Below are positions 8,949 through 20,671 of a stretch of DNA of 64,000 nucleotides, piece by piece. Source of the stretch: Deltaproteobacteria bacterium. Its GTDB lineage: Bacteria > SAR324 > NAC60-12. The DNA lies in contig JAYOTF010000001.1 of the NCBI GenBank assembly GCA_038150265.1, positions 126,690 through 190,689 of the forward strand, in the 5' to 3' direction. Under the pieces are notes generated by a model. That model saw only the letters and a program-made list of their open reading frames with translations. It was not told the origin of the DNA and did no database searches. Position 1 is the stretch's first letter. Each line of letters starts with the position of its first letter. The translations under genes were made by a program, and so were the position numbers.

Positions 8949-9972
8949 GCGGCACTCGCCGGATTCTCAACTCAAGCACCGACTCCGGGAGGGCGTTCAA
9001 CTGTCCTCCCTCCTCTCCGAGTTCCCTCAAGCCCAACTCATTCCCGAGCTTTACGAAGGCTGGCGGCAAGGAACCCTCAACGTCCTGCGGACCTGGGGGC
9101 ACGCTGAGCCCACCCAGGCTTTCTACCGAGCGGAAGAGTGCCTGCTTCCCAGCGATCACCTGACCTTGCAGGACGCCCCTTCGCCTCCGGAGCGCCTGAC
9201 CGTGGTCACCTGGAACGTCAACTCCATTCGGTCTCGCTTTCCGCTGCTGGAAGCCTTCCTCCGCGAGCACGCCCCCGACATCCTGTGTCTGCAGGAAACC
9301 AAAACAACCGATGACCGGTTTCCCTACCGGGAGTTGGAAGCACTGGGGTACCGCAGCGTGCACTACGGCCAAAAGACCTACAACGGGGTCGCCATTTTGA
9401 CCAGGCACCCCCTTCAGGAAGAAGCTGCCGGATTTCACAATGGCTGGGATCCTGAAAATGCTCGCCTCATCATGGCCTCCATTGCCGGACTCCGGATCGT
9501 CAATGTGTACGTCCCGCAAGGAAGTCAGGTTGGATCTGATAAATTCCATTACAAACTTGAGTTTCTGGACCAATTGCGCGAAGAGTTGAAGCGACAATTG
9601 CACGAACACTCAAACGTAGTGGTGGTGGGAGACCTGAACATTGCCCCGGATGCTCGTGATGTGGTTTCTGCCGAAGACATGAAGGACCAGGTCAGCTTTC
9701 ACCCGCAAGAGCATCAGCGTTTTGAGCGCCTGCTGGCGCTGGGACTCATCGACCTCTTCCGTGCCGTTGAGCCCGGAATCGCCCTTTACAGCTGGTGGGA
9801 CTTCCGAACCCGAGGCTTTGAGCGAGGCGAGGGCATGCGCATTGATCACATTCTGGGAAGTCCGTCCGTCTCTACTCGTGTAGAGAGGTGCTGGATTGAC
9901 CTGGAAAACCGGGCTCAGCCCAAACCTTCCGACCACGCTCCCGTCCTCTGCACCCTCAAACCAAGTTGTTAA
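8941..9972 (+). CDS. xth: Exodeoxyribonuclease III with ~85-aa N-terminal extension
   Basis: TWNVNSIR, LCLQETK, YNGVAIL, GDLNIAP, YSWWDFR, RIDHIL, PSDHAPV. Confidence 0.93.
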   Translation: MPERHSPDSQLKHRLREGVQLSSLLSEFPQAQLIPELYEGWRQGTLNVLRTWGHAEPTQAFYRAEECLLPSDHLTLQDAPSPPERLTVVTWNVNSIRSRFPLLEAFLREHAPDILCLQETKTTDDRFPYRELEALGYRSVHYGQKTYNGVAILTRHPLQEEAAGFHNGWDPENARLIMASIAGLRIVNVYVPQGSQVGSDKFHYKLEFLDQLREELKRQLHEHSNVVVVGDLNIAPDARDVVSAEDMKDQVSFHPQEHQRFERLLALGLIDLFRAVEPGIALYSWWDFRTRGFERGEGMRIDHILGSPSVSTRVERCWIDLENRAQPKPSDHAPVLCTLKPSC

Positions 9973-10284
9973 ATGATGCCTTGGACCAAGAAAGCCCTCG
10001 CTATTTTTCTGATTAGTTGCTCGCTTTTTGCATGGACTGCATCACCAATCTGGGCCGCTCCCGGAGAAACTCCTGGAGCCATGGCCATGGTGGTCGATGT
10101 GCCCCTCCGGATGCTGAGCCTGGGCATTTCCGTTGTCACTTCAGCGGTATTTGTGGTCGCTCTACCGTTTGCTCTCACTTCCGGAAGTACTGGAAGCGCT
10201 TGGGACACCCTGGTGGTCGAGCCCTTCGAGTTCACTTTCACTCGTCCTCTGGGTCAGTTTGACGACTGGCGCACGAGGAACTGA
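9973..10284 (+). CDS. Small exported/membrane hypothetical protein
   Basis: Signal peptide then hydrophobic segment; C-terminal FTFTRPLG. Confidence 0.7.
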   Translation: MMPWTKKALAIFLISCSLFAWTASPIWAAPGETPGAMAMVVDVPLRMLSLGISVVTSAVFVVALPFALTSGSTGSAWDTLVVEPFEFTFTRPLGQFDDWRTRN

Positions 10285-10306
10285 CTTTACTTCAAAAAGG
10301 TAAGCC

Positions 10307-10828
10307 ATGCGTACACTCGCAAAAGCCCTCACCGTTGTTTTTGGAAGCCTGCTGATCGCTTCCACGGCCTCCGCCGAGTTGTTCTCCGTTAGTGTTGGCA
10401 TACCCGTCAGCCACACGTTCAGCGATGATGCCGTTGAATCCGACGGCACCAGCGGTGTCTTCGCCGCAGTCAAGCTCCCGATCCTGGTGGGCCTGGGTGT
10501 GGAGAACTACAGCACCGACATCAAGGGCCAGGACACGAAGCTCAACACCACGATGTATGACGTCTTCTACCTGCTCCCGATTCCGATCATCAACTTCACC
10601 CTCGGCGTGGGCATGGGCACCACGGAGCTCGACTGTGCAACCTGTTCAGCCCAGTATGATACCGGAACCGCAACCCAGTGGTACGGAAGCCTCGGCTTTC
10701 CTTTCCTCGGAATTGCAGACCTGCACGTGAGTTACCGCTCCGTCAGCTCCAAGATCGAAGACAGCAGCGGCAACAAGACCGACGTCAGCGGCAACGTTAC
10801 TGGCATTGGCGTCAGCGTCGGATTTTAA
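10307..10828 (+). CDS. Small outer-membrane beta-barrel protein
   Basis: Signal peptide (ASA), amphipathic strands, terminal Phe (GVSVGF). Confidence 0.75.
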   Translation: MRTLAKALTVVFGSLLIASTASAELFSVSVGIPVSHTFSDDAVESDGTSGVFAAVKLPILVGLGVENYSTDIKGQDTKLNTTMYDVFYLLPIPIINFTLGVGMGTTELDCATCSAQYDTGTATQWYGSLGFPFLGIADLHVSYRSVSSKIEDSSGNKTDVSGNVTGIGVSVGF

Positions 10829-10840
10829 TCAGGTTTGGTC

Positions 10841-11455
10841 ATGAAACAGCTCAAGAAACTGGTACTGATCAGCATGGGCTTGCTGATTGGTGCGGGAGTC
10901 ACGCAGGCTCAGTTCATTGGCATCAGCGTTGATGGAGCCATCGGCTACACGGCCACGGAGAGCACGGTTTCCGGAGGCAGTGTTGACCTTTCTCATCCGG
11001 TCCCCTTCGTCCCAAACTTCGGTTACAGTGCCTTGAGCTTCATTGACGAAGCCGATCTGCTTCCCAGCACCGGATCCGAATCGTTGAACACGAAGACGAC
11101 CCTGGCGCTGCAGAGCTACCACCTCTTCTACCATGTTCCCTTTCCGGTCGTCTCCATGGCCCTCGGCTTTGGGTTGGGCAGCGCTACCGTCAAAAGTGAA
11201 CTGGCCATGACCAACAGTGGCAGCACGATCAGCAGTGAGGCGACCCAGGTGGTTCCAATCAGTGAAGCCTTCATTCACATCGGCTTGCCCGTCTGGAGCA
11301 TTCTGGAGTTTCACATCGGCTACCACGCTTATTCGCTCTCCAAAGTCGATTTGACGAAAAATGCGGACTTCAATCCAGCGGACTACAACTTTAGCGTTGA
11401 AGAGAAGAACTACACGGGGGGCATGACCACCGTGGGGTTGCAAATCGCGTTTTGA
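10841..11455 (+). CDS. Outer-membrane beta-barrel protein, paralog of the upstream gene
   Basis: Signal peptide, terminal Phe (GLQIAF), collinear motifs with 10307-10828. Confidence 0.75.
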   Translation: MKQLKKLVLISMGLLIGAGVTQAQFIGISVDGAIGYTATESTVSGGSVDLSHPVPFVPNFGYSALSFIDEADLLPSTGSESLNTKTTLALQSYHLFYHVPFPVVSMALGFGLGSATVKSELAMTNSGSTISSEATQVVPISEAFIHIGLPVWSILEFHIGYHAYSLSKVDLTKNADFNPADYNFSVEEKNYTGGMTTVGLQIAF

Positions 11456-12106
11456 GTGTTCCCCTCCCCCTTTCCGGCAACGGTTGGATTTCACACCCAG
11501 CCGTGCCACGCCCCCAGCGACTGCTTTCCTGAAGAAATCGAATCGGTCTCACACTTCCGATCCGCAAGCCGGCGTCAGGAGTTCTTCGCAGGACGTACCT
11601 GTGCGCATCGAGCATTGGAGCAACTGGGCCTCACGCCCGTCCCTCTTCTTCATGATCCCGAAACCCGCATCCCGGCCTGGCCTCCGGAGACCAGAGGCAG
11701 CCTCACCCACTCCGGAGGCGTAGCGGCAGCAGCGGTGGCCTGGTCCCGAGACGCCTTTGGAATCGGAATCGACCTCGAGCACCTTCCCCGAAAGATCAAC
11801 CCTGGCATCACCCGACACGTGTGTACGCCTCGGGAACTCGCAACGTGGCAAGGGCTTCCCGCCAGCGAGCAGGATGCTTTTCTCAAGCGTTTGTTCTCGG
11901 CAAAGGAAACCATCTACAAGAGCCTCTTTCCCCAGCTGCGGGTGCCCATTGGCTTTCAAGACGCCGACCTTGAGTTTGCCCCGAGCACCTTTTGCTTCAC
12001 GCTCACCCGCTCCCTTGACCCCGGATTCCCTGCAGGATTCACGGCCACTGGTCACTGGCAGCAAACTCCGGAATTCGTCCTCACGTCGCTTCTGATTCCC
12101 CAGTAA
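11456..12106 (+). CDS. 4'-phosphopantetheinyl transferase (EntD/Sfp type)
   Basis: RRQEFFAGR, PAWP, GSLTHS, GIGIDLE, FSAKETIYK. Confidence 0.9.
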   Translation: MFPSPFPATVGFHTQPCHAPSDCFPEEIESVSHFRSASRRQEFFAGRTCAHRALEQLGLTPVPLLHDPETRIPAWPPETRGSLTHSGGVAAAAVAWSRDAFGIGIDLEHLPRKINPGITRHVCTPRELATWQGLPASEQDAFLKRLFSAKETIYKSLFPQLRVPIGFQDADLEFAPSTFCFTLTRSLDPGFPAGFTATGHWQQTPEFVLTSLLIPQ

Positions 12107-12352
12107 CTTCAGCTAATTAGCCTGGTTTTGAACAGGGTTTGAACCAACCTTCAACAGCTATCAACAATTTATCGACACCCTTTGGGAGAGTATTGGGTTT
12201 TTCCCGATGATTTGGTATCTTGATGGGTCTCAATTGTTGATATCAACATCCCTTCAAAAATCAGGATTCCCCAAAAATCGTTTGAGTTCAGATTGTTGAA
12301 GAGTTTTCGACAGAATCGACAGCCTCTACTGACACTAACCTAACAAGGACTA
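12107..12352. other. Probable replication origin (oriC) with variant DnaA-like boxes
   Basis: AT-rich gap upstream of dnaN with about nine 9-mers related to TTWTCRACA (12126, 12148, 12158, 12169, 12235 rev, 12240, 12294 rev, 12304, 12313). Confidence 0.65.
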
Positions 12353-13468
12353 ATGGAAATCTTAATCAAACAGGAAGTACTGAAGGGGGCTCTTCAGAAC
12401 CTGATCTCGGTGATTGATAAAAGCTCCGCGAAACCGATCCTGTCGAATTTCCTCATGCAAGCGCTTCCGGAACAGGGAATGGTGGAGTTCCAGGCAACGG
12501 ATCATGAGCTGTCCTTGATTGAACGCTTCCCGGCTCAGGTGAAGTCGGGAGGAAGCATGTGTGTCAATGCCCGGAAGATGTACGACATCAGCCGGGAGTT
12601 CCAGGAAGACGAGGTCAAGATTCAGTCGACCGAGCAGCTCTGGATTCACGTCAGTTGCGGCAAGTCCCAGCTTCGTCTGCCTTCAGTAGATGTCGGGCTC
12701 TATCCCCAGACTTCCATGTAAGACATTTCGGGCAAGGTGACGGTCACGGTGTAAGCCATCAAGCGAGCAATTGACATGACGCTGTTTGCCGCTCAGACCA
12801 ACGAGTCCCGCCGCAACCTGATGGGCGTGAACCTCTCTTCCAAGGAAGGTTCCACCCGCTGGCTGGCAACGGACGGCCATCGGCTCGCTCAGATGCTGCT
12901 GCCAGTGGAGTCGCTGACCATGGGAGACGTTGAGGATGTGATCATTCCCCGGAAGGCCCTGAACGAGGTCCGGCGCTCGGCAGACCTTTTTGGGGAGCAG
13001 GTCCAGGTTTCGTTTGATGAGCGCGTGATGCAGTTTTCAGGGGAGTCGATTGTTTACAAGGCGAGCCTCATTGTAGGGAACTTACCGAAGTGCGACCCGA
13101 TAATTGCGAAAGACAAACCTCTGGTGGCCAACGTGGACCGCGAGCGCCTGATGAACTCCCTCCGCATTGTCTCATCCATCAGCGCTGAGAAGCTCAAGCC
13201 CGTCAAGATCACACTGGGGCCAAACCGGATGCTGCTGGAGAGCGAAAAGACGGACTATGGCGAGGTGAGTGACGAACTGGAGGCCACGTATGAAGGCGAG
13301 GACTTCCAGATTGGTTTCAACTCCCGCTACCTGCTGGATGTGCTGAGCGTGATGGAAGCCGAGAAGGTCCAGATGGAGTTCAAGAATCCAATGAGCCCCA
13401 CGGTGCTGCGGGAGTCCGGAAAGAACGAGTTTCTCTCCGTGATCATGCCGTTGCGAATTGAATGGTAA
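12353..13468 (+). pseudogene. dnaN: DNA polymerase III beta clamp, interrupted as given by two in-frame TAA (12719, 12752); probably consensus errors
   Basis: ORFs 12353-12721 and 12776-13468 share one frame; motifs KPILSN, ATDHE, ATDGHRL, IIPRK, IGFNSRYLLD, VIMPLR. Confidence 0.9.
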
Positions 13469-14526
13469 TTCGGGAACTGGAACTTTCCTGCTTCCGGAAC
13501 TACCAGCAGCAGCAGATTCAGTTCAGTCCAGGGGTAAACTGGATCTCTGGGCGACACGGTCAGGGCAAGACCAACTTGGTGGAGGCCGTCCATTACCTCT
13601 GCAACCTGGAGTCCTTCCGGACCCGGAAGCTCACCCAGCTCATTCTGAGTAACAGCTCACTGGCTGCCCTGTCGGCTCAGATTGAGAGCCGGGAGGTGCT
13701 GCGTCACTGCCGCATTGCCATCACGTCCAAGGGGCGTCAGGTGTTTTTGGATCGGCAACCCCTCCAGCGGGTTTCCGAGTACGTGCTGGCCTTCATGGCG
13801 CTGATCTTCACTCCGGAAGACGTCAACCTGTTCCGGAGCCTGCCTGGAGAACGCCGGAGGTTCTTCAACCGCATCCTTTCGTTTCTCGATCCTGTTCACC
13901 TGGAGGCCCTGCAGCAGTACGCTCAGGCCCTGGCGCAGAAGAATGCCCTGCTCAAGCAGCATCAGCCAGCCGACCTTTCGATCTGGAATGAGCTGCTCGC
14001 GCGCTATGGAACGGTGCTGACGCACAAGCGCCGCGCCTTTGTGGAGGTGCTGAATCCGTTGCTGAGTGATGCCTTCCGGAGCATGTCGAACCGACCCGAA
14101 ACCCTGCTGCTGGAGTACCTGCCCAGCTTTTCTGAAGACGAAAATCAGGCCCAAAAGCAACTTGAAGAAGGACTCCCGCGAGAGCGGCACTATGGACACG
14201 CGTTGCTGGGACCCCACCGGGATGATTTTCGATTAAGCCTTGATGGAAAACCGGATCGCGAATTCTTTTCCCAGGGGGAGTTTCGCCTCACAAATTTGTC
14301 TTTGAAGATTGCCATAAATGCGGTATTATCAGAAAGATATGGTTATCAGCCAGCCTTGATTCTGGACGATCTCTTTTCTGAGTTGGATCCTTTGATCTGT
14401 CAAGGGGTGCTCGCTCATTTGGGACAGTTGAACAATCAGGTCTTCATCACTTCCACGAGTCATCCTTCATCACAGTCCTTCCCGATTCAGACCTTTCGTA
14501 TCGAGCACGGCTTTTTGCAATCCTGA
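13462..14526 (+). CDS. recF: DNA replication/repair protein RecF
   Basis: GRHGQGKTNLVEA, RRRFF, GPHRDD, SQGE, LDDLFSELD. Confidence 0.95.
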   Translation: MVIRELELSCFRNYQQQQIQFSPGVNWISGRHGQGKTNLVEAVHYLCNLESFRTRKLTQLILSNSSLAALSAQIESREVLRHCRIAITSKGRQVFLDRQPLQRVSEYVLAFMALIFTPEDVNLFRSLPGERRRFFNRILSFLDPVHLEALQQYAQALAQKNALLKQHQPADLSIWNELLARYGTVLTHKRRAFVEVLNPLLSDAFRSMSNRPETLLLEYLPSFSEDENQAQKQLEEGLPRERHYGHALLGPHRDDFRLSLDGKPDREFFSQGEFRLTNLSLKIAINAVLSERYGYQPALILDDLFSELDPLICQGVLAHLGQLNNQVFITSTSHPSSQSFPIQTFRIEHGFLQS

Positions 14527-14557
14527 GGAGTCAGGAAAGCCGCTTCGGCAACCCTAG

Positions 14558-16989
<2,432 letters not shown>

Positions 16990-16990
<1 letters not shown>

Positions 16991-18342
16991 TGTCAAAAAG
17001 CTATGCCGTGGTCGCCATTGTTGGGCGACCCAACGTGGGAAAATCCTCCCTGTTCAATCGCTTGGTCGGACGTCGCACAGCCATCGTGGAGGATACTCCA
17101 GGGGTGACGCGGGACCGCAACTACGGAATGGCCAAGTATGGGCCTCATCGATTTCTGGTGATCGACACCGGAGGATTCGAGCCCCTTTCTGAAGACAACG
17201 TCATGCGGCAGATGCGCGAGCAGGCGTTGCTGGCGGTTGAAGAGGCCGACGCCATCATTCAGTTGGTAGACGCTCGCGAAGGCATGACCCCAGCGGATGA
17301 AGAAGTCTATCGGGCGCTGAGTCAGTCGGAAAAGCCCCTGGTGGTTGCGGCCAACAAGGTGGACAACTCGCGTCTGGAAGACGAAAGTACCGAGTTTTAT
17401 TCACTGGGGCTTGAGCGGTTGTTTTCCATTTCGGTCCTTCACAACACCGGAATTCTGGAGCTGCTCGACGAGGTTCACTTCTGGGTGCCGCTGAAGGGGC
17501 GCAAGGAACAGGTTGAGGAGGGAACGGTCCGGGTCGCGGTCATTGGAAAGCCCAATGCCGGAAAGTCGTCGCTGGTCAATGCGATGCTCCGGGAAGAGCG
17601 CATGGTCGTCGATGCGATTGCTGGAACCACCCGAGATGCTGTCGACTCGTTTTGCCGCTACCACGGCCGGGAGTTCAAGCTGGTGGACACCGCCGGGATT
17701 CGTCGAAAGGGACGGGTCAGTCAGAAGATTGAAACCTACAGTGTGGTTTCAGCCCTGAAGTCCATGGAGCGTGCCGAAGTTGCAGTGCTGGTGATTGATG
17801 CCACTGAAGGGGTGACCGATCAGGTCGCTCACATCGCGGGCTATGCACTGGAACGGAAGCGAGCCCTTGTGCTGGTGGTCAACAAGTGGGACCTGATTGA
17901 AAAAGACGGGAAGACCATGAAGCACTTTGAGGAGGAGGTCCGGGACCGCCTCGCGTTTGTGGACTTTGCCCCGATGCTGTTCGTCAGCGCCAAGACGCTC
18001 CAGCGGGTTCCCAAGGTGTTTGAGGCGATCCTCAGCGTGCATGAGCAGTTTTATCGGCGCATCCAGACCTCTGACCTCAACACTGTGCTTGAGATGGTTG
18101 TCGGGAAGCACCCCCCGCCTTCCATGTATGGGCGGCAGACGAAGGTTTACTTTGGAAGTCAGGTCAGTGTGGCGCCGCCTACGTTTGTGCTGATGACCAA
18201 CCATCCGGAGAAGACCAACTACTCCTACGAGCGCTACATGATCAATCAGTTCCGTTACCACTTCGGGTTCGAGGGGACGCCGCTGAGCATCATCTGGCGC
18301 AAGAAACACACAGACCGCCAACGCCCTCCCAAGAAGCAGTAG
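16990..18342 (+). CDS. der: Ribosome biogenesis GTPase Der
   Basis: Two G domains: GRPNVGKS/DTGG/NKVD and GKPNAGKS/DTAG/NKWD; TGATG coupling to gyrB. Confidence 0.97.
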
Positions 18343-18345
18343 GCC

Positions 18346-19509
18346 ATGACGCACTTTCTCTGGAAAGGATCCGATTTCTCTGGAAGGGACCTGGAAGGGG
18401 CAGAAGAAAGTGCATCAGCGTTCACCCTCCGAAACGCCCTTCACGCCCAAGGGGTGTACCGCATTCAGCTGGTCCCCCTTCATGCCTTTTCCTGGAAACA
18501 GCCCCTCTCCGAAGCACAGATTGTGGACTGGCTGGAGCAGCTTCAGCAGTTGCTCCAGGCTCACCTGCGCTTGGCCGAAGCGATCAGTCTGATTGCAGAA
18601 ACGAGTCGGAAGTTGCCGCTGCGGTACCGCTGGCGTCGGGTGCATCAGGCGCTGCACGCGGGGCGGTCCTTCAGCCAGGCTCTTGAGCAATTTGGCGGCA
18701 TGCCGGGGTGGGTGACCCAGCTCATCCGGGTGGCTGAGGCAACCGATCGGCTTCCGGAAGTCCTGCGAGGGCTGGTGGAGTTTTATCAGTTCAAGCGAGA
18801 GGTTGCGCAGGAGCGTCAGAAGGTCGCAAGCTACCCACTGCTGGTGCTGACCAGCTTCCTCTTCATCACTCTGGGGATTCTCCTCTTCATCATTCCGATG
18901 TTTCACCGAGTCTATCAGCGTTTTGGCGAAGACTTGTTTTGGGGCACCGCCGTGCTGCAAGCCCTCAGTGAGGGGCTCCGGAATCATCCTGGAGTTGCCT
19001 TCGGAATCCTGGGTGCGCTGGGAGGAGCCGGAATCTGGTACCACCGTCAGGGAGAGGGCTTCTGGAAGCTCCTTCCCGGGGGAGCGACCATTGTCCGAGA
19101 GAGCCAGCTGATGTTTTACAGCACCGCGATGAACCTGCTGCTGCGCTCTCGGCTGAACCTGCAGGAAGCCCTTCCTCTGGCATCTGAGTTGCTGTTGGGG
19201 CGTCAGCAGCACTCTCTGGAGAGGGTCCGGGAAGAACTGCTCTCCGGAATTGCCCCAGCAGATGCCTTCCGTCACGCTTCCTGGGCGTCGGCTTCCTTTC
19301 TGAGGATGGTGGCACTTGCTGATGAGAGCGGAAACCTTGCAGAAGGCTTCCGGCAGCATAGCCTCTCCCTCAAGGACCACCTGAAGGTGCGTCTGAACTG
19401 GATGAACGCCTTGTTGGGTCCCTTGCTGATGCTGCTGGTTGCGCTTGGGGTGCTGTTTGTGTTGCTTTCGGTGTACCTGCCTCTGTTCCGGGTGGTGGAC
19501 TACTACTAA
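18346..19509 (+). CDS. Type II secretion F family / PilC-like platform protein
   Basis: Two T2SSF repeats (GRSFSQAL...AEATDRL; ADESGNL), YP motif, three TM segments. Confidence 0.85.
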   Translation: MTHFLWKGSDFSGRDLEGAEESASAFTLRNALHAQGVYRIQLVPLHAFSWKQPLSEAQIVDWLEQLQQLLQAHLRLAEAISLIAETSRKLPLRYRWRRVHQALHAGRSFSQALEQFGGMPGWVTQLIRVAEATDRLPEVLRGLVEFYQFKREVAQERQKVASYPLLVLTSFLFITLGILLFIIPMFHRVYQRFGEDLFWGTAVLQALSEGLRNHPGVAFGILGALGGAGIWYHRQGEGFWKLLPGGATIVRESQLMFYSTAMNLLLRSRLNLQEALPLASELLLGRQQHSLERVREELLSGIAPADAFRHASWASASFLRMVALADESGNLAEGFRQHSLSLKDHLKVRLNWMNALLGPLLMLLVALGVLFVLLSVYLPLFRVVDYY

Positions 19510-19570
19510 AGGAGTGAGCGTTCAATAGATATCGAAGTGCTCTGGTTACTGAGTTCCAGTTCCCTGGCCG

Positions 19571-20461
19571 TCAGGGAGTGGCTTGGTTGACCTTGCTTTG
19601 AGAAGGCTTTCCAATGGCGTCGCAGATGAAGCGTCCGGTCTCAATGAGTTGAGGGAGGTCCAGATTGGTCGCAATTCCGAGGCCTTCGAGGAGGTAAACG
19701 ACATCTTCGGTGGCCACGTTTCCGCTAGCTCCTTGAGCATAGGGGCATCCACCGAGTCCGGAAACGGAAGCGTCAATGACCTGAACGCCCATTTCCAGTC
19801 CGGCATAGAGGTTGGCGAGCGCCTGTCCCCGAGTATCGTGAAAGTGCAGAGCGATTTGCTCCAGTGGAATTTCTTGCGCAACGGCTTCGATGAGGCATTG
19901 CGCCTTCCGGGGCGTGCCCAGGCCAATGGTGTCGCCGAGTGAGATTTCGTAACAGCCTTGCCGAGTCAACTCCTGTGCGAGTTCCACCACGGCTTGAGGG
20001 GCAACTTCTCCTTGATACGGACACCCAAGGACACAGGAAATGTACCCCCGGACGGGAAGATCGAGCCCCTTCGCCTGCTCCAGAATCGGGCGGAAGCGCT
20101 CCAGGGATTCCTCAATGGAGCAGTTGAGGTTTTTTTGAGAAAACGCTTCGGACGCCGCTGCAAACACGGCCACCTCCTGAGCGTCTGCTTCCAGCGCGCG
20201 CTGAAATCCCTGCAGGTTGGGGGTCAGGACCGAAAGCCGGACCTCCGGAAGCGGTCCGACTTGCTGAAGCACCTGAGAGGCGTCGCGCATCTGGGGCACC
20301 CACTTGGGGCTGACGAAGCTGGCGGCTTCAATGGCCGTCAAACCACACTGAGCCAACTTCCGGATGAACTCAACCTTGGTGTCGGTTGGAACCCAGACCG
20401 GCTCATTCTGCAATCCATCTCGGGGCCCCACCTCAACGATTTTGACAAATTCAGGCAACAT
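19571..20461 (-). CDS. hmgL: Hydroxymethylglutaryl-CoA lyase
   Basis: EVGPRDGLQNE, SFVSPKWVPQM, GDTIG, HFHDT, GLGGCPYA. Confidence 0.95.
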   Translation of the reverse strand: MLPEFVKIVEVGPRDGLQNEPVWVPTDTKVEFIRKLAQCGLTAIEAASFVSPKWVPQMRDASQVLQQVGPLPEVRLSVLTPNLQGFQRALEADAQEVAVFAAASEAFSQKNLNCSIEESLERFRPILEQAKGLDLPVRGYISCVLGCPYQGEVAPQAVVELAQELTRQGCYEISLGDTIGLGTPRKAQCLIEAVAQEIPLEQIALHFHDTRGQALANLYAGLEMGVQVIDASVSGLGGCPYAQGASGNVATEDVVYLLEGLGIATNLDLPQLIETGRFICDAIGKPSQSKVNQATP

Positions 20462-20671
20462 GGCGGTTTTTTTGATTAACGATATTGAAAAAATCTCAGC
20501 AAGAGGCTCGTCTGTTGGTGCAGAACCTCAGAGGAATGGCCGAGCCACGCAGGTCCCGGTTTTTTGAAAAAGCTTGAAGCTCTCCCGGATATTTCTTAAA
20601 AATCAATGTTTGCCTCCGTTTATTTTTACAGAATATCCTGTCCCTGACCTCACTTCCGTAAACGGGCTCCC

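Noticed and set aside
11456..12106. PPTase as a marker of an NRPS/PKS cluster
   Set aside because: No carrier-protein, NRPS or PKS genes in the window.
12126..12321. CRISPR array or plasmid iterons
   Set aside because: Repeats are degenerate 9-mers in both orientations without unique spacers, cas or rep genes.
12719..12754. Genome-wide TAA reassignment to explain the dnaN stops
   Set aside because: TAA ends many intact genes here (glnE, xth, ndk, ppdK) at their expected C-termini.
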